Source: an uncultured Gammaproteobacteria bacterium
GTDB taxonomy: Bacteria > Patescibacteriota > Microgenomatia > UBA12405
Assembly (NCBI GenBank): GCA_964408995.1
Contig: CAYPBP010000002.1
Coordinates: 32,491-96,490 of the forward strand
Direction: 5' to 3'
DNA length: 64,000 nucleotides
The first letter of the stretch is position 1; each line of letters starts with the position of its first letter. The notes under the pieces are model-generated. The model made no database searches and was not told the DNA's origin. It was given only the letters and a program-made list of their open reading frames with translations. Shown in pieces: positions 55,700 to 64,000 of the stretch. Position numbers and translations under genes: made by a program.

Positions 55700-57426
55700 A
55701 GTGTTAAACCCTCTGCCCTTCGGGCATCTCCCTTAACAGGGCGACTTTTTAATAATTTAATAATTTCTTCTGGAAAGAATGGACGACCATTGTTTTTGTT
55801 AATAATTTTGCTTGGACTAAATTCAAATTGAGACTTTAAAAGAGTGACTAATTGATTAGTTTCATTATTTTCGATGACAATAATTTTTTCAAAAGCATCA
55901 ATTATTTTTTTAATATCTGGATTGATTGGCCAAAGAGTTTTTATTTGTAAGAAAGCGAAGTCTTCTTTATTTTTTATTAATTTCAAAGCTTCTAAAATGG
56001 CACCTTTTGGAGAACCCCAACTAATAATTAATTTAGTGGCTTTTGAAGATCCAAATAAATTTGGCTTTGGACAAATTTTTAAAGCAGTTTTTAATTTTAA
56101 TAATCTTTTTTGAGACATTTTTTCGGAAAGAGAGGCATCTTCCGTTGAAAAACCAACTTCATCATGTTCGTAACTATTGGCTAAAAATTCACCATTTGGA
56201 GTACCTGGAAGAGTAAGAGGAGAAATACCGTCTTTGGTAAAGGCATATCGTTTGAAACTGTTTTCTTCAACTTCATTTAAGATTTTACCTTTGTCTATTT
56301 TTACTTCCATACTTGGAAAATATTTGGTACTAGCACTTGATTCGGCAACTAGTTTGTCACTTAAAACAATGACTGGTGTTTGAAGAATAGCCGCTAAATC
56401 TAAAGATTTGTGACCTAATTCAAAAGATTCATTAATATCACCTGGGGCGACAACAACTTTTGGGAATTCACCATGACCAGAATAAATGGCATGAAATAAA
56501 TCTCCTTGACTAGTCCAAGTGGGTAAGCCAGTGGCTGGACCTGGACGAGATACTAAATAATAGACCATACCGATTTCAGAAATGCCACAAAAACTAACAG
56601 CTTCGTTCATAAGGGCAAATCCACCACCTGAAGTGCCCGTAGCAGCTCTAGCACCAGCAAAAGCGGCACCAGCAGCCATGTTGGCAGAAGCAATCTCGTC
56701 TTCTGGATGATTTACGTTTAATTTAAATTCTGTTTGTTTACTAGCTAGGAAATGAAGAGCACCAGTGGCTGGAGTCATAGGATAGGCTGAATAAAAATTG
56801 CCACCACCTTTGATAAATCCCCAACCATAAGCTTCGTTACCATCATAAAAACCTTTTTTGGTTTTTTTAGTTGGTTTTTTTATTTTGATTTGATATTTAG
56901 AAAAATTTTCTTTGGCATAATTATAAGCAAGAGTAAAAGCAGCTAAATTTACATCAGCATGTTTTCCATAAGATTGAGAGATGTGATTTTTAGCTAAATC
57001 AATATCTAAATCATAAAGATAAGCAGCAACACCTAGACAAAGAGTATTCATAACCAAGGGATTGCCGGCTTGAGTAGCCATATCTTTTAGAGGTAGATTT
57101 AAGAAATTAGCTTTGCTTTTAACTTCGGTAAAGTCTTCATCAGAAAAAACTAAAGTCTTTTTAGTAAATTCGTCTTGATGTTGTTGCCAATGGTTTGGAT
57201 AAACTGAAAAGAATAAATCAACATTAAAGTGAGTTGAAAAAACTTCTTGATCAGAGAAAGTAATTTGATAGGTATTATGACCACCTCTAACCAAAGATGG
57301 ATATTCACTGTAATCAGATAGATGGAAACCATGATCAATTAAGAGTTTTGAAAAAATTTGACCAGCAGACTTGATTCCGGAACCAGCCGGACCAGAGATT
57401 TTGATGGTGGAAAAATTTAAGCTCAT
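55696..57426 (-). CDS. 2-oxoacid:ferredoxin oxidoreductase, fused gamma-alpha subunit
   Basis: N-terminal gamma-domain (GPAGSGIKSAGQIF) followed by the alpha-subunit core (YPMTPATG). A 4-bp overlap with the beta gene. Confidence 0.85.
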   Translation of the reverse strand: MSLNFSTIKISGPAGSGIKSAGQIFSKLLIDHGFHLSDYSEYPSLVRGGHNTYQITFSDQEVFSTHFNVDLFFSVYPNHWQQHQDEFTKKTLVFSDEDFTEVKSKANFLNLPLKDMATQAGNPLVMNTLCLGVAAYLYDLDIDLAKNHISQSYGKHADVNLAAFTLAYNYAKENFSKYQIKIKKPTKKTKKGFYDGNEAYGWGFIKGGGNFYSAYPMTPATGALHFLASKQTEFKLNVNHPEDEIASANMAAGAAFAGARAATGTSGGGFALMNEAVSFCGISEIGMVYYLVSRPGPATGLPTWTSQGDLFHAIYSGHGEFPKVVVAPGDINESFELGHKSLDLAAILQTPVIVLSDKLVAESSASTKYFPSMEVKIDKGKILNEVEENSFKRYAFTKDGISPLTLPGTPNGEFLANSYEHDEVGFSTEDASLSEKMSQKRLLKLKTALKICPKPNLFGSSKATKLIISWGSPKGAILEALKLIKNKEDFAFLQIKTLWPINPDIKKIIDAFEKIIVIENNETNQLVTLLKSQFEFSPSKIINKNNGRPFFPEEIIKLLKSRPVKGDARRAEGLTL

Positions 57427-57499
57427 CTGACTATTTTACTACATATTTGTTGAATTTTATAAAAAATGATTAAAACTCCCTTTGCCCTTAATAAAAACC

Positions 57500-57548
57500 C
57501 ACCTTCCCTGAAGGGCCCCTTCCTCCCTTGAAAAGGGAGGTCTATAAA
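57500..57548. repeat. Family D multi-hairpin element (copy 2) in the korA / DEAD-helicase divergent intergenic region
   Basis: aaaacccaccttccctgaagggccccttcctcccttgaaaagggagg, similar to 11300-11346. Confidence 0.5.
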
Positions 57549-57554
57549 GTTTTT

Positions 57555-57589
57555 CAATCTCCCCCTGCCCCCTCTTTCACAAGAGGGGG
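57555..57589. repeat. Family A element, copy A2 (intergenic, directly after the family D copy)
   Basis: caatctccccctgccccctctttcacaagaggggg. Confidence 0.7.
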
Positions 57590-57714
57590 TGAAAATAAAT
57601 TTTATATTTGCAATTGATGGTGATTATGATAGACTACAAGCTGATTTAGGCAAATTGGTGCATTTATACTTTGTGGGCACCGCAAGTTTTTAGGTTACGG
57701 CCGAAAAACAGTGT

Positions 57715-58956
57715 TTGGGTCAACAAAATATTATGTATCAAAATAAATTCACCAATAGGTTTGGTGGAAAAACTCAACAACGACCAAATAGTGGTCGAAC
57801 AAGATTTGGAAGACGAAATAGTGGAAGAAGAGGTCGAAGCTTTGAAAGTAAGATTGATAATTCAATGTTTATTAAAAAGGCTTGTCCTGTTTTAAAAATT
57901 GAAGAAACAATTGTAAAAAATACTTTTGAAGATTTTGGATTTGATAAAGTTTTACTGAAAAATATCCAAGATAAGGGTTATATAAAACCAACTCCAATTC
58001 AAGATGAAATTATCCCTTATGTTTTAGACAATAGAGATGTTTTGGGAATAGCTAACACTGGAACTGGAAAGACAGCTGCTTTTGCCCTGCCTTTGATTGA
58101 TCAAATTTTATTAAATCCTAATAAAAGAATTTTAATCTTAACTCCAACTAGAGAATTAGCCCAACAAATTAAACAAGAAATCAGATCTTTTACTTTTGAT
58201 CTTAGAATTTATATTGCCCTAGCCATTGGCGGAGCTTATATTAGAGAACAAATTTTAGATATTAAACGAGATCCACATATTATTGTGGGGACTCCTGGAC
58301 GTATTAAAGATTTGGCTAAAAGAAAGGTGGTTAATTTTTCAAAATTAACAACTATTGTTTTGGATGAAGTTGATCGAATGTTGGACATGGGATTTGTGGA
58401 AGATATTAAAGAAATCGTTTCTCAAATTCCTAAACCACATCAAACTTTGTTTTTCTCGGCAACAGTTGATAGAAAAATAGAACCTTTGATTAATTCATTT
58501 TTAATTGACCCAGCAAAAGTCTCGGTTAAAACTCAAGAAAGTTCTAAAAATGTAGAACAAGATGTGGTTTACTCTAGACGAGAAGATAAAGAAAAAACTT
58601 TAATTAGTTTATTAAAAACAGAAGGTTTTAAAAAAGTATTAATTTTTGGAGGAACTAAATTGGTGGTTGAAAGATTATCGAATAGTTTAAAGCGAGAAGG
58701 TTTTAAATGTGGTTCACTTCATGGAGATAAAGCTCAATACCAAAGACAAACAACTTTAAGAATGTTTAAAGAAAACCAACTTGATATTTTAGTGGCAACT
58801 GATGTGGCCGCTAGAGGTTTGGATGTAGCTGACATTACTCACGTAATTAATTTTGATAAACCAAATAATTACGAAGATTATGTTCACCGAATTGGTAGAA
58901 CTGGTCGAGGAGATAAAACTGGGGTCGCTTTGACTTTTATTGAAAATAGATATTAA
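57715..58956 (+). CDS. DEAD-box ATP-dependent RNA helicase with an R/G-rich N-terminal extension
   Basis: Q-motif, GTGKT, DEVD, SAT and HRIGRTGR motifs. Long 5' UTR with several hairpins. Confidence 0.9.
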   Translation: MGQQNIMYQNKFTNRFGGKTQQRPNSGRTRFGRRNSGRRGRSFESKIDNSMFIKKACPVLKIEETIVKNTFEDFGFDKVLLKNIQDKGYIKPTPIQDEIIPYVLDNRDVLGIANTGTGKTAAFALPLIDQILLNPNKRILILTPTRELAQQIKQEIRSFTFDLRIYIALAIGGAYIREQILDIKRDPHIIVGTPGRIKDLAKRKVVNFSKLTTIVLDEVDRMLDMGFVEDIKEIVSQIPKPHQTLFFSATVDRKIEPLINSFLIDPAKVSVKTQESSKNVEQDVVYSRREDKEKTLISLLKTEGFKKVLIFGGTKLVVERLSNSLKREGFKCGSLHGDKAQYQRQTTLRMFKENQLDILVATDVAARGLDVADITHVINFDKPNNYEDYVHRIGRTGRGDKTGVALTFIENRY

Positions 58957-59684
58957 ATTTTTTTAATATATTTTTTACCAGTCAATGCTTTTGATAAGGC
59001 TTCGCGGTAAGCAATCTTTGGAAGAGTATCTTTATTAGCTTCCAAATACTCTAAGACTTCTTTTTTGTGAAATTTAACTAAAGATCGAAGTAACCAAGAA
59101 ACCGCTTTGGTAATTAAAATTTCTTTTTCTAATTTTAATTTTTCAATATTAGTAAAAGCTAATTTTGATAATTTAAAATCGTCTGATTGGCTAAGAGATT
59201 TGGTTAATAAAACTAAGGAAGCTCGACGCTTATTAATATTTTTATCAACTACAAATTTATTAATAATTTTTTTCCACTCTGACCAATTAGATAATAAGAT
59301 ATCACTGGTAAAATTTGATTGACACAGGACATCATTTTCAGCCCAACCACAGGTATAGTTTAACCAAGTGTCTAAATGTTGTGGATCAAATTTGTATTTT
59401 AATTTGAGATATTGATTAACTAGATTGGCAGCTATAGCAATTTCAGTGTAAGTGGTGCCAAACTTATAAAGTGAATTGATTAAATCAATTAATTGATCTT
59501 GATTTAAATTATTTTCTTTGACTAAATTTTTGGCCAAATCTTTTATCTCAATTGTTGAAAAATCATGATAAATTTTATTAGTCCCTAAATATCTTTTGAC
59601 CCAATCTTTCTCTGCCTCACTTGATTTTGACTTATGAGCAGCAAGAATTTTAAGAAGATTTAAATGAATTGGATTGGTAACCAT
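58953..59684 (-). CDS. DNA alkylation repair enzyme-like HEAT-repeat protein (AlkD/AlkC family, tentative)
   Basis: All-alpha 243-aa protein with W/R-rich helices (WLLRSL, CGWAENDVLC). Confidence 0.45.
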   Translation of the reverse strand: MVTNPIHLNLLKILAAHKSKSSEAEKDWVKRYLGTNKIYHDFSTIEIKDLAKNLVKENNLNQDQLIDLINSLYKFGTTYTEIAIAANLVNQYLKLKYKFDPQHLDTWLNYTCGWAENDVLCQSNFTSDILLSNWSEWKKIINKFVVDKNINKRRASLVLLTKSLSQSDDFKLSKLAFTNIEKLKLEKEILITKAVSWLLRSLVKFHKKEVLEYLEANKDTLPKIAYREALSKALTGKKYIKKI

Positions 59685-59691
59685 TATTAAA

Positions 59692-60432
59692 TTACTTTAA
59701 TAAAGACGCCGCTTCTTGATCCAAAACTACAACTACATCTGGATGATTTTGAAGTATTGAAGCAGGAACATCTTGGGTAACTGGACCTTGGAGAGCCTTG
59801 GCCACAATTTCAGCTTTTCTGGACTTGTTGGCCAAAAAGAAAAGAGTTCTACCTTCAAAAATATCAGCCATGCCCATAGTGAAAGCGTAATGATTTTCAA
59901 CAATTTCTGGATAGTCAACTTTATTAGCTTCGATAGTGCTAGGAATAAGATCGACTTGGCCCATACGACCATCAAAATTACTATAAAGTGGTGGCTCATT
60001 GAAGCCTAAATGACCATCCATACCAATGCCTAACATGACAATATCAGCACCACCAGTGCTTTTAAGTTTGCCCATATAAGCAGCTAAATCTGGATTAGCA
60101 CCATTAACATAATTGATATTAGTTTCTGGAATTGGAACTTTGGAAAATAAATTTTTGTTTAGAAAATAAGCAAAAGAAGCTGGATGATCAGTTTTTAAGC
60201 CCTTATATTCATCTAGATGAAAAGCTCTAACTCGAGACCAATCAATTCCCTGTTCTTTTGATAAGCAATCTAAGAATTCAATCATAGTTGAGCCGGTAGC
60301 CAAAACTATGTTGACAGTTTTGGATAAATCTTTTTGAAGCTCGATAATTTTTTGAGCTACAAGAGAAGCTGATTTTGAAGCAAAATCATCAGAATTAGTT
60401 ATATTGATGTTCATAATAAGCAAGATTAACAC
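59692..60432 (-). CDS. nagB: Glucosamine-6-phosphate deaminase
   Basis: LATGSTM, FHLDEY and GIGMDGHLGFNEP motifs. Confidence 0.85.
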   Translation of the reverse strand: MLILLIMNINITNSDDFASKSASLVAQKIIELQKDLSKTVNIVLATGSTMIEFLDCLSKEQGIDWSRVRAFHLDEYKGLKTDHPASFAYFLNKNLFSKVPIPETNINYVNGANPDLAAYMGKLKSTGGADIVMLGIGMDGHLGFNEPPLYSNFDGRMGQVDLIPSTIEANKVDYPEIVENHYAFTMGMADIFEGRTLFFLANKSRKAEIVAKALQGPVTQDVPASILQNHPDVVVVLDQEAASLLK

Positions 60433-60599
60433 AACAAATAAATAAATGAAATCTTTTTAATAATTAATGGTTAATAATAAAGTTGGAATAAGACAAAAAT
60501 AAATTTTTCTTTTATTGGTATCAACAAAAAATCCAATCCAAAGATCATACCAAGCAAAAGAAAACTTAAAACGATTATTTTTAAAAAAAATTATTTCTT

Positions 60600-61802
60600 T
60601 CATTTTTTCTTCTCTTTTAAATATTTTTTATCTTTTAGTTTTTCAGGCAAAAGGCTTTCTTTTGTGTACATTTCATAGTCTTTGCCATAATCTAATTCTT
60701 TCATTAACTTAGTTTCGGCGTTGCGGAGATTAAGCGGTATTGGTAGATTACCAAACTGCTGAACATCGGCAAGAGCGGCTAAATAAGCATCATAAGCAGA
60801 ACGATCTTTAGGACTTTTGGCTAGATAAACAACTCCATGAGCTAGGTTTTCTCGACACTCTGGATAGCCAATTGTTTCAACAGCTCTGAAAACTTCATTG
60901 GCCATCATTAAAGCTGAAGAATTGGCAATACCAATATCTTCACTGGCAAAAATAACCATACGACGGGCAATAAATTTTGGGTCTTCGCCAGCATCAATCA
61001 TTCTGGCTAAATAATAAAGAGCAGCATCTGGATTACTGGCTCGCATAGATTTTATAAAAGCAGAAATGGTATTGAAGTGATCCTCCCCTTTTTTATCGAA
61101 ACGTAAAAAACTATTTTGAAGAGTTGATTTTAAGTTTTCTTTAGAAAGATCGTTATATAAAGTGAAAGCATTATCAATCATGGTTAGAGCCTGACGAGCA
61201 TCACCATTGGCCATTTGAATTAGCCATTCTTTGGCATCTTTTTTGATAGTTAATTTTTTATTCAATCTCCCTAAATCCCTCTTTGACAAGAGGGACTTAT
61301 TAATGACATCAATTGCTCTAGTGATTATTTTGTCAATATCTTCATCTGACAATTCTTTGAGGGTGAAAACTCGACAACGAGATAAGAGTGGAGAAATAAC
61401 TTCAAAACTGGGATTTTCGGTGGTGGCACCGATTAAAGTTAGAAGACCGGATTCTACATAGGGTAGCAAAAAATCTTGTTGAGCTTTATTAAAACGATGA
61501 ATTTCGTCTAAAAAAAGAATTACTCTTTGAATAGGTCTGGCTTGAGCAATAATTTTTTTAATATCGTCTTTGCTAGCAGAAACAGCTGATAATTCAAAAA
61601 TCTGGGCATCTGTTTCTTTGGCAATAATTTTGGCTAAAGTGGTTTTACCAACCCCTGGAGGACCCCAAAAAATCATAGAAAAGAATTGTTTGGATTCGAT
61701 TAATTTCCTTAAAGGTTTTCCCTCCCCAACTAAATGAGATTGACCAATAAATTCATCAAGGTTTTTAGGACGTAGAAGAGAGGCTAGCGGTTGAGTAAGC
61801 AT
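60600..61802 (-). CDS. rarA: Replication-associated recombination protein A (MgsA/RarA AAA+ ATPase)
   Basis: LRPKNLDEFIGQ, Walker A GPPGVGKTT, and the MgsA C-terminal helical domain. I place the start at MLTQPL. Contains the in-frame family A element. Confidence 0.9.
   Translation of the reverse strand: MLTQPLASLLRPKNLDEFIGQSHLVGEGKPLRKLIESKQFFSMIFWGPPGVGKTTLAKIIAKETDAQIFELSAVSASKDDIKKIIAQARPIQRVILFLDEIHRFNKAQQDFLLPYVESGLLTLIGATTENPSFEVISPLLSRCRVFTLKELSDEDIDKIITRAIDVINKSLLSKRDLGRLNKKLTIKKDAKEWLIQMANGDARQALTMIDNAFTLYNDLSKENLKSTLQNSFLRFDKKGEDHFNTISAFIKSMRASNPDAALYYLARMIDAGEDPKFIARRMVIFASEDIGIANSSALMMANEVFRAVETIGYPECRENLAHGVVYLAKSPKDRSAYDAYLAALADVQQFGNLPIPLNLRNAETKLMKELDYGKDYEMYTKESLLPEKLKDKKYLKEKKK
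61263..61295. repeat. Family A element, copy A3, in-frame in rarA
   Basis: caatctccctaaatccctctttgacaagaggga, which encodes (reverse strand) ...KSLLSKRDLGRL... in the linker between the AAA+ and C-terminal domains. Confidence 0.65.
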
Positions 61803-61866
61803 GTTTTGGGTTTTATTTGGGTAATAACCCATTTTAACATACTAAAAATAATTTTTAGTTATTATC

Positions 61867-62787
61867 TTAATTACTAGTAAGTTTATTTTGTTTTATTCTT
61901 CTGATATATAAGATAACTAAAATTATTGGGATTATTATTGGTATATACACAACCGCCCAAATAATTAGAGAAGCAATTCCCCTAAACATTCCAACCAGAG
62001 ATCTAACTGCTTCTTTGAAAACTACTGTTGGTCGCCATTCATTGGTTGGAGCATAAGGAAGAGATAACTCATCGGTTGATAAATAAATTGTAATTTTGCT
62101 TAACTTAGCTGATTGTTCATAATATTTTTGTTGACCTTTTAAATTGTCAATTTGTGATTGTAAATTTATCAACTCTTGTTGAACATTCATCAGATCATTT
62201 ACTTTTTCTGCTTTTTGGAGAATATCTTCATATTTTGTTTTTGTTTTATTTAAAACCTCGATACGAGCATCTATATCCATATATTGATCAGTAACATCAT
62301 TACCACTAACTGATTCAGAAACAACTTTTACAGCCATATTTTTAAAAGCATTCATGGCTTCTTTTCTTTTATCTTCTGGTATACGAACTGAAATACTACC
62401 ATTAGCAGCACCCTCAGGTTTTGTTAAATTTAAATTTATTAAAAAACCTCCAAAACTTTTGGTTGTTTCTTCTATCTCATTTATTGTTTTACTAACATCT
62501 TTTACTTGAAGTGATAGACCTGTATCCTGGATAACTAATCTATCTGTACTTTCTGATGGAGCAATATTATTTCTTAAAGAACTAAGGCCTGATTTAGCGG
62601 AACCAAAACTGACTGTATTAGCTGTAGGTGCATAAGCCATATCAGTCATTACAGAACTATTTTTGGTGTTATTTATTGATAGATTCTTTGCAAAGAAAGT
62701 ATTTTTTAGCCAAAGAGTAACTATAACTAATAGAATAATTACAGCCCAATTTTTTTTAAGAAAGTTAATCATAAAATAGTCTAACAT
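61867..62787 (-). CDS. DUF4349-like membrane-anchored protein
   Basis: N- and C-terminal TM helices, a central coiled coil, and the pattern ...ISVRIPEDK...DVTDQYMDIDARI. Confidence 0.45.
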   Translation of the reverse strand: MLDYFMINFLKKNWAVIILLVIVTLWLKNTFFAKNLSINNTKNSSVMTDMAYAPTANTVSFGSAKSGLSSLRNNIAPSESTDRLVIQDTGLSLQVKDVSKTINEIEETTKSFGGFLINLNLTKPEGAANGSISVRIPEDKRKEAMNAFKNMAVKVVSESVSGNDVTDQYMDIDARIEVLNKTKTKYEDILQKAEKVNDLMNVQQELINLQSQIDNLKGQQKYYEQSAKLSKITIYLSTDELSLPYAPTNEWRPTVVFKEAVRSLVGMFRGIASLIIWAVVYIPIIIPIILVILYIRRIKQNKLTSN

Positions 62788-62797
62788 AACTAATAAA

Positions 62798-63469
62798 CTA
62801 GAGATATTTGATAGTCAAATCAGAGATTATAGTGTTGGAATCTAGGGATAAAATAAAATCTATAGCCTTAACAACTTGATGAGGCTCCATGGCTTTTGAT
62901 AAATCACAGTTAGTACCATCGGTAAATTTAGTTTTCATAACCCCTGGATGAATATCAACAACTTTAATACCAAAAGAGGCTAACTCTGGTTGAACAGATT
63001 CGGAAAAACCTTTTAATCCCCACTTTGATGCATGGTAAACCGAATTAAAAGCTTTTGGACGAAGTCCGGCAGTTGAATTAATATTAATAATAGTACCTGA
63101 TTTTTGTTTCTTTAAAAAAGGAACCAGAGCTTGAGTGGTAAAAACTGGACCAATAGTATTAATTTCAAAAACTTTTTTAATTATTTCTGGATTGTTTAAT
63201 TCGATTTCGCCATCAATATAAAGACCAGCACTATTTATAAAGCAATTAATTTGACGATATTTTTTGATAATTTTTTTGATAACACTAGAGACTGATGAAT
63301 AATTGGAAACATCGCAAAGATAATAATTACATTCAAGCCTTTGGGAAACTTTTTTCATAACTTCTTCATCTATGTCTAGAATAACAACTTGATAGTGATT
63401 GGAAAAATAAGCAGCTAGCTCTCGACCAAGACCATTGGCACCACCAGTAATACAAATAACTTGTTTCAT
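62798..63469 (-). CDS. Short-chain dehydrogenase/reductase (SDR)
   Basis: TGGANGLGRELA (TGxxxGxG), catalytic YHASK. Confidence 0.85.
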   Translation of the reverse strand: MKQVICITGGANGLGRELAAYFSNHYQVVILDIDEEVMKKVSQRLECNYYLCDVSNYSSVSSVIKKIIKKYRQINCFINSAGLYIDGEIELNNPEIIKKVFEINTIGPVFTTQALVPFLKKQKSGTIININSTAGLRPKAFNSVYHASKWGLKGFSESVQPELASFGIKVVDIHPGVMKTKFTDGTNCDLSKAMEPHQVVKAIDFILSLDSNTIISDLTIKYL

Positions 63470-63519
63470 TATTTAAGTTTACAATAAAAATTAATAAAAT
63501 AGTTTGGTTTATAATTAAA

Positions 63520-64000
63520 CTTAGATGAAAATACTATTTATTTTGATAACAACTTTAGCATTAAGATTAATTGGAATTAATCAATCATTATGGTTAGATG
63601 AAGCAATTTCGGCTAATGTGGCTAAGATGCCAATGTTAGAAATTGTTAAAAATTTTTCTATAAATGATTTTCATCCCCCACTTTATTATCTATTTTTAAA
63701 TTTTTGGACAAAAATTTTTGGAAGTAATGTGGTTCTTTTAAGATTAAGTTCGGTTTTATTTTCTTTAATTACAATTTATTTTGTTTATTTAATTGGTGTT
63801 CAAATTAAAAACAAGAAAATAGGAATATTAGCAGCTTTATTTTTGGCAATTAATCCTTTGTTCGTTTATTTTTCACAAGAACTAAGAATGTATGCCATGG
63901 CGACAATGTGGTTGACCATTGGATTTTATTTTTTTGTAAAGATCAAAGAGAAAAAAAATAAAATATCTGATTTGATTATTTTTAATTTAATGATGGCTTT
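63520..64000 (+). CDS. GT-C family 39 (ArnT/PMT-like) glycosyltransferase, 5' part continuing beyond the window
   Basis: LALRLIGINQSLWLDEAISA...HPPLYY...SQELRMYA, the typical GT39/PMT_2 N-terminal signature. Confidence 0.7.

Overview
This 64-kb window is an AT-rich (roughly 30-35% GC by eye) bacterial chromosomal segment with a streamlined, strongly minus-strand-biased housekeeping gene set. The gene content and the short gene forms fit a Patescibacteria/CPR-like genome. That taxonomic call is an inference and has not been verified. From the sequence I can support the following on the minus strand unless marked (+): ftsK (5' part), proS, an IS200/RAYT-type Y1 transposase (+) nested in a 50-bp direct duplication, rnj, a family-4 UDG, a CYTH protein, a stand-alone Lon-type AAA+ module, rpsO-pnp, nusA-infB, hrcA-grpE-dnaK-dnaJ, rmuC, a NYN-domain protein, dut, a UvrD-like helicase with a PD-(D/E)xK nuclease fusion, two tandem HAD hydrolases (+), gatCAB, a FemAB-family transferase, guaA, a second uvrD/pcrA, an envelope glycosylation cluster (three GT-C membrane glycosyltransferase paralogs, PAP2, methyltransferase, UbiA/DPPR-synthase-like), repeat-containing surface proteins, PilN/PilO-like genes, murJ, rpsT (+), metG-tatD (+), folD, map, a two-subunit 2-oxoacid:ferredoxin oxidoreductase, a DEAD-box helicase (+), nagB, rarA, an SDR, and a GT39-like gene running off the 3' end. 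I found no rRNA, tRNA or CRISPR array. The most unusual content is several families of short GC-rich palindromic elements, described in the findings, which lie in intergenic regions and also sit in-frame inside essential ORFs (metG, rarA, uvrD/pcrA, a GT-C gene), reminiscent of Rickettsia RPE-like elements. Also notable are the RAYT/IS200 element flanked by a duplicated rnj 3' end, the two-gene CYTH + protease-less Lon AAA+ operon bracketed by terminators, and a promoter with a CIRCE-like operator that implies a leaderless hrcA transcript. No database searches could be run, so every functional call rests on motifs recognised by eye.
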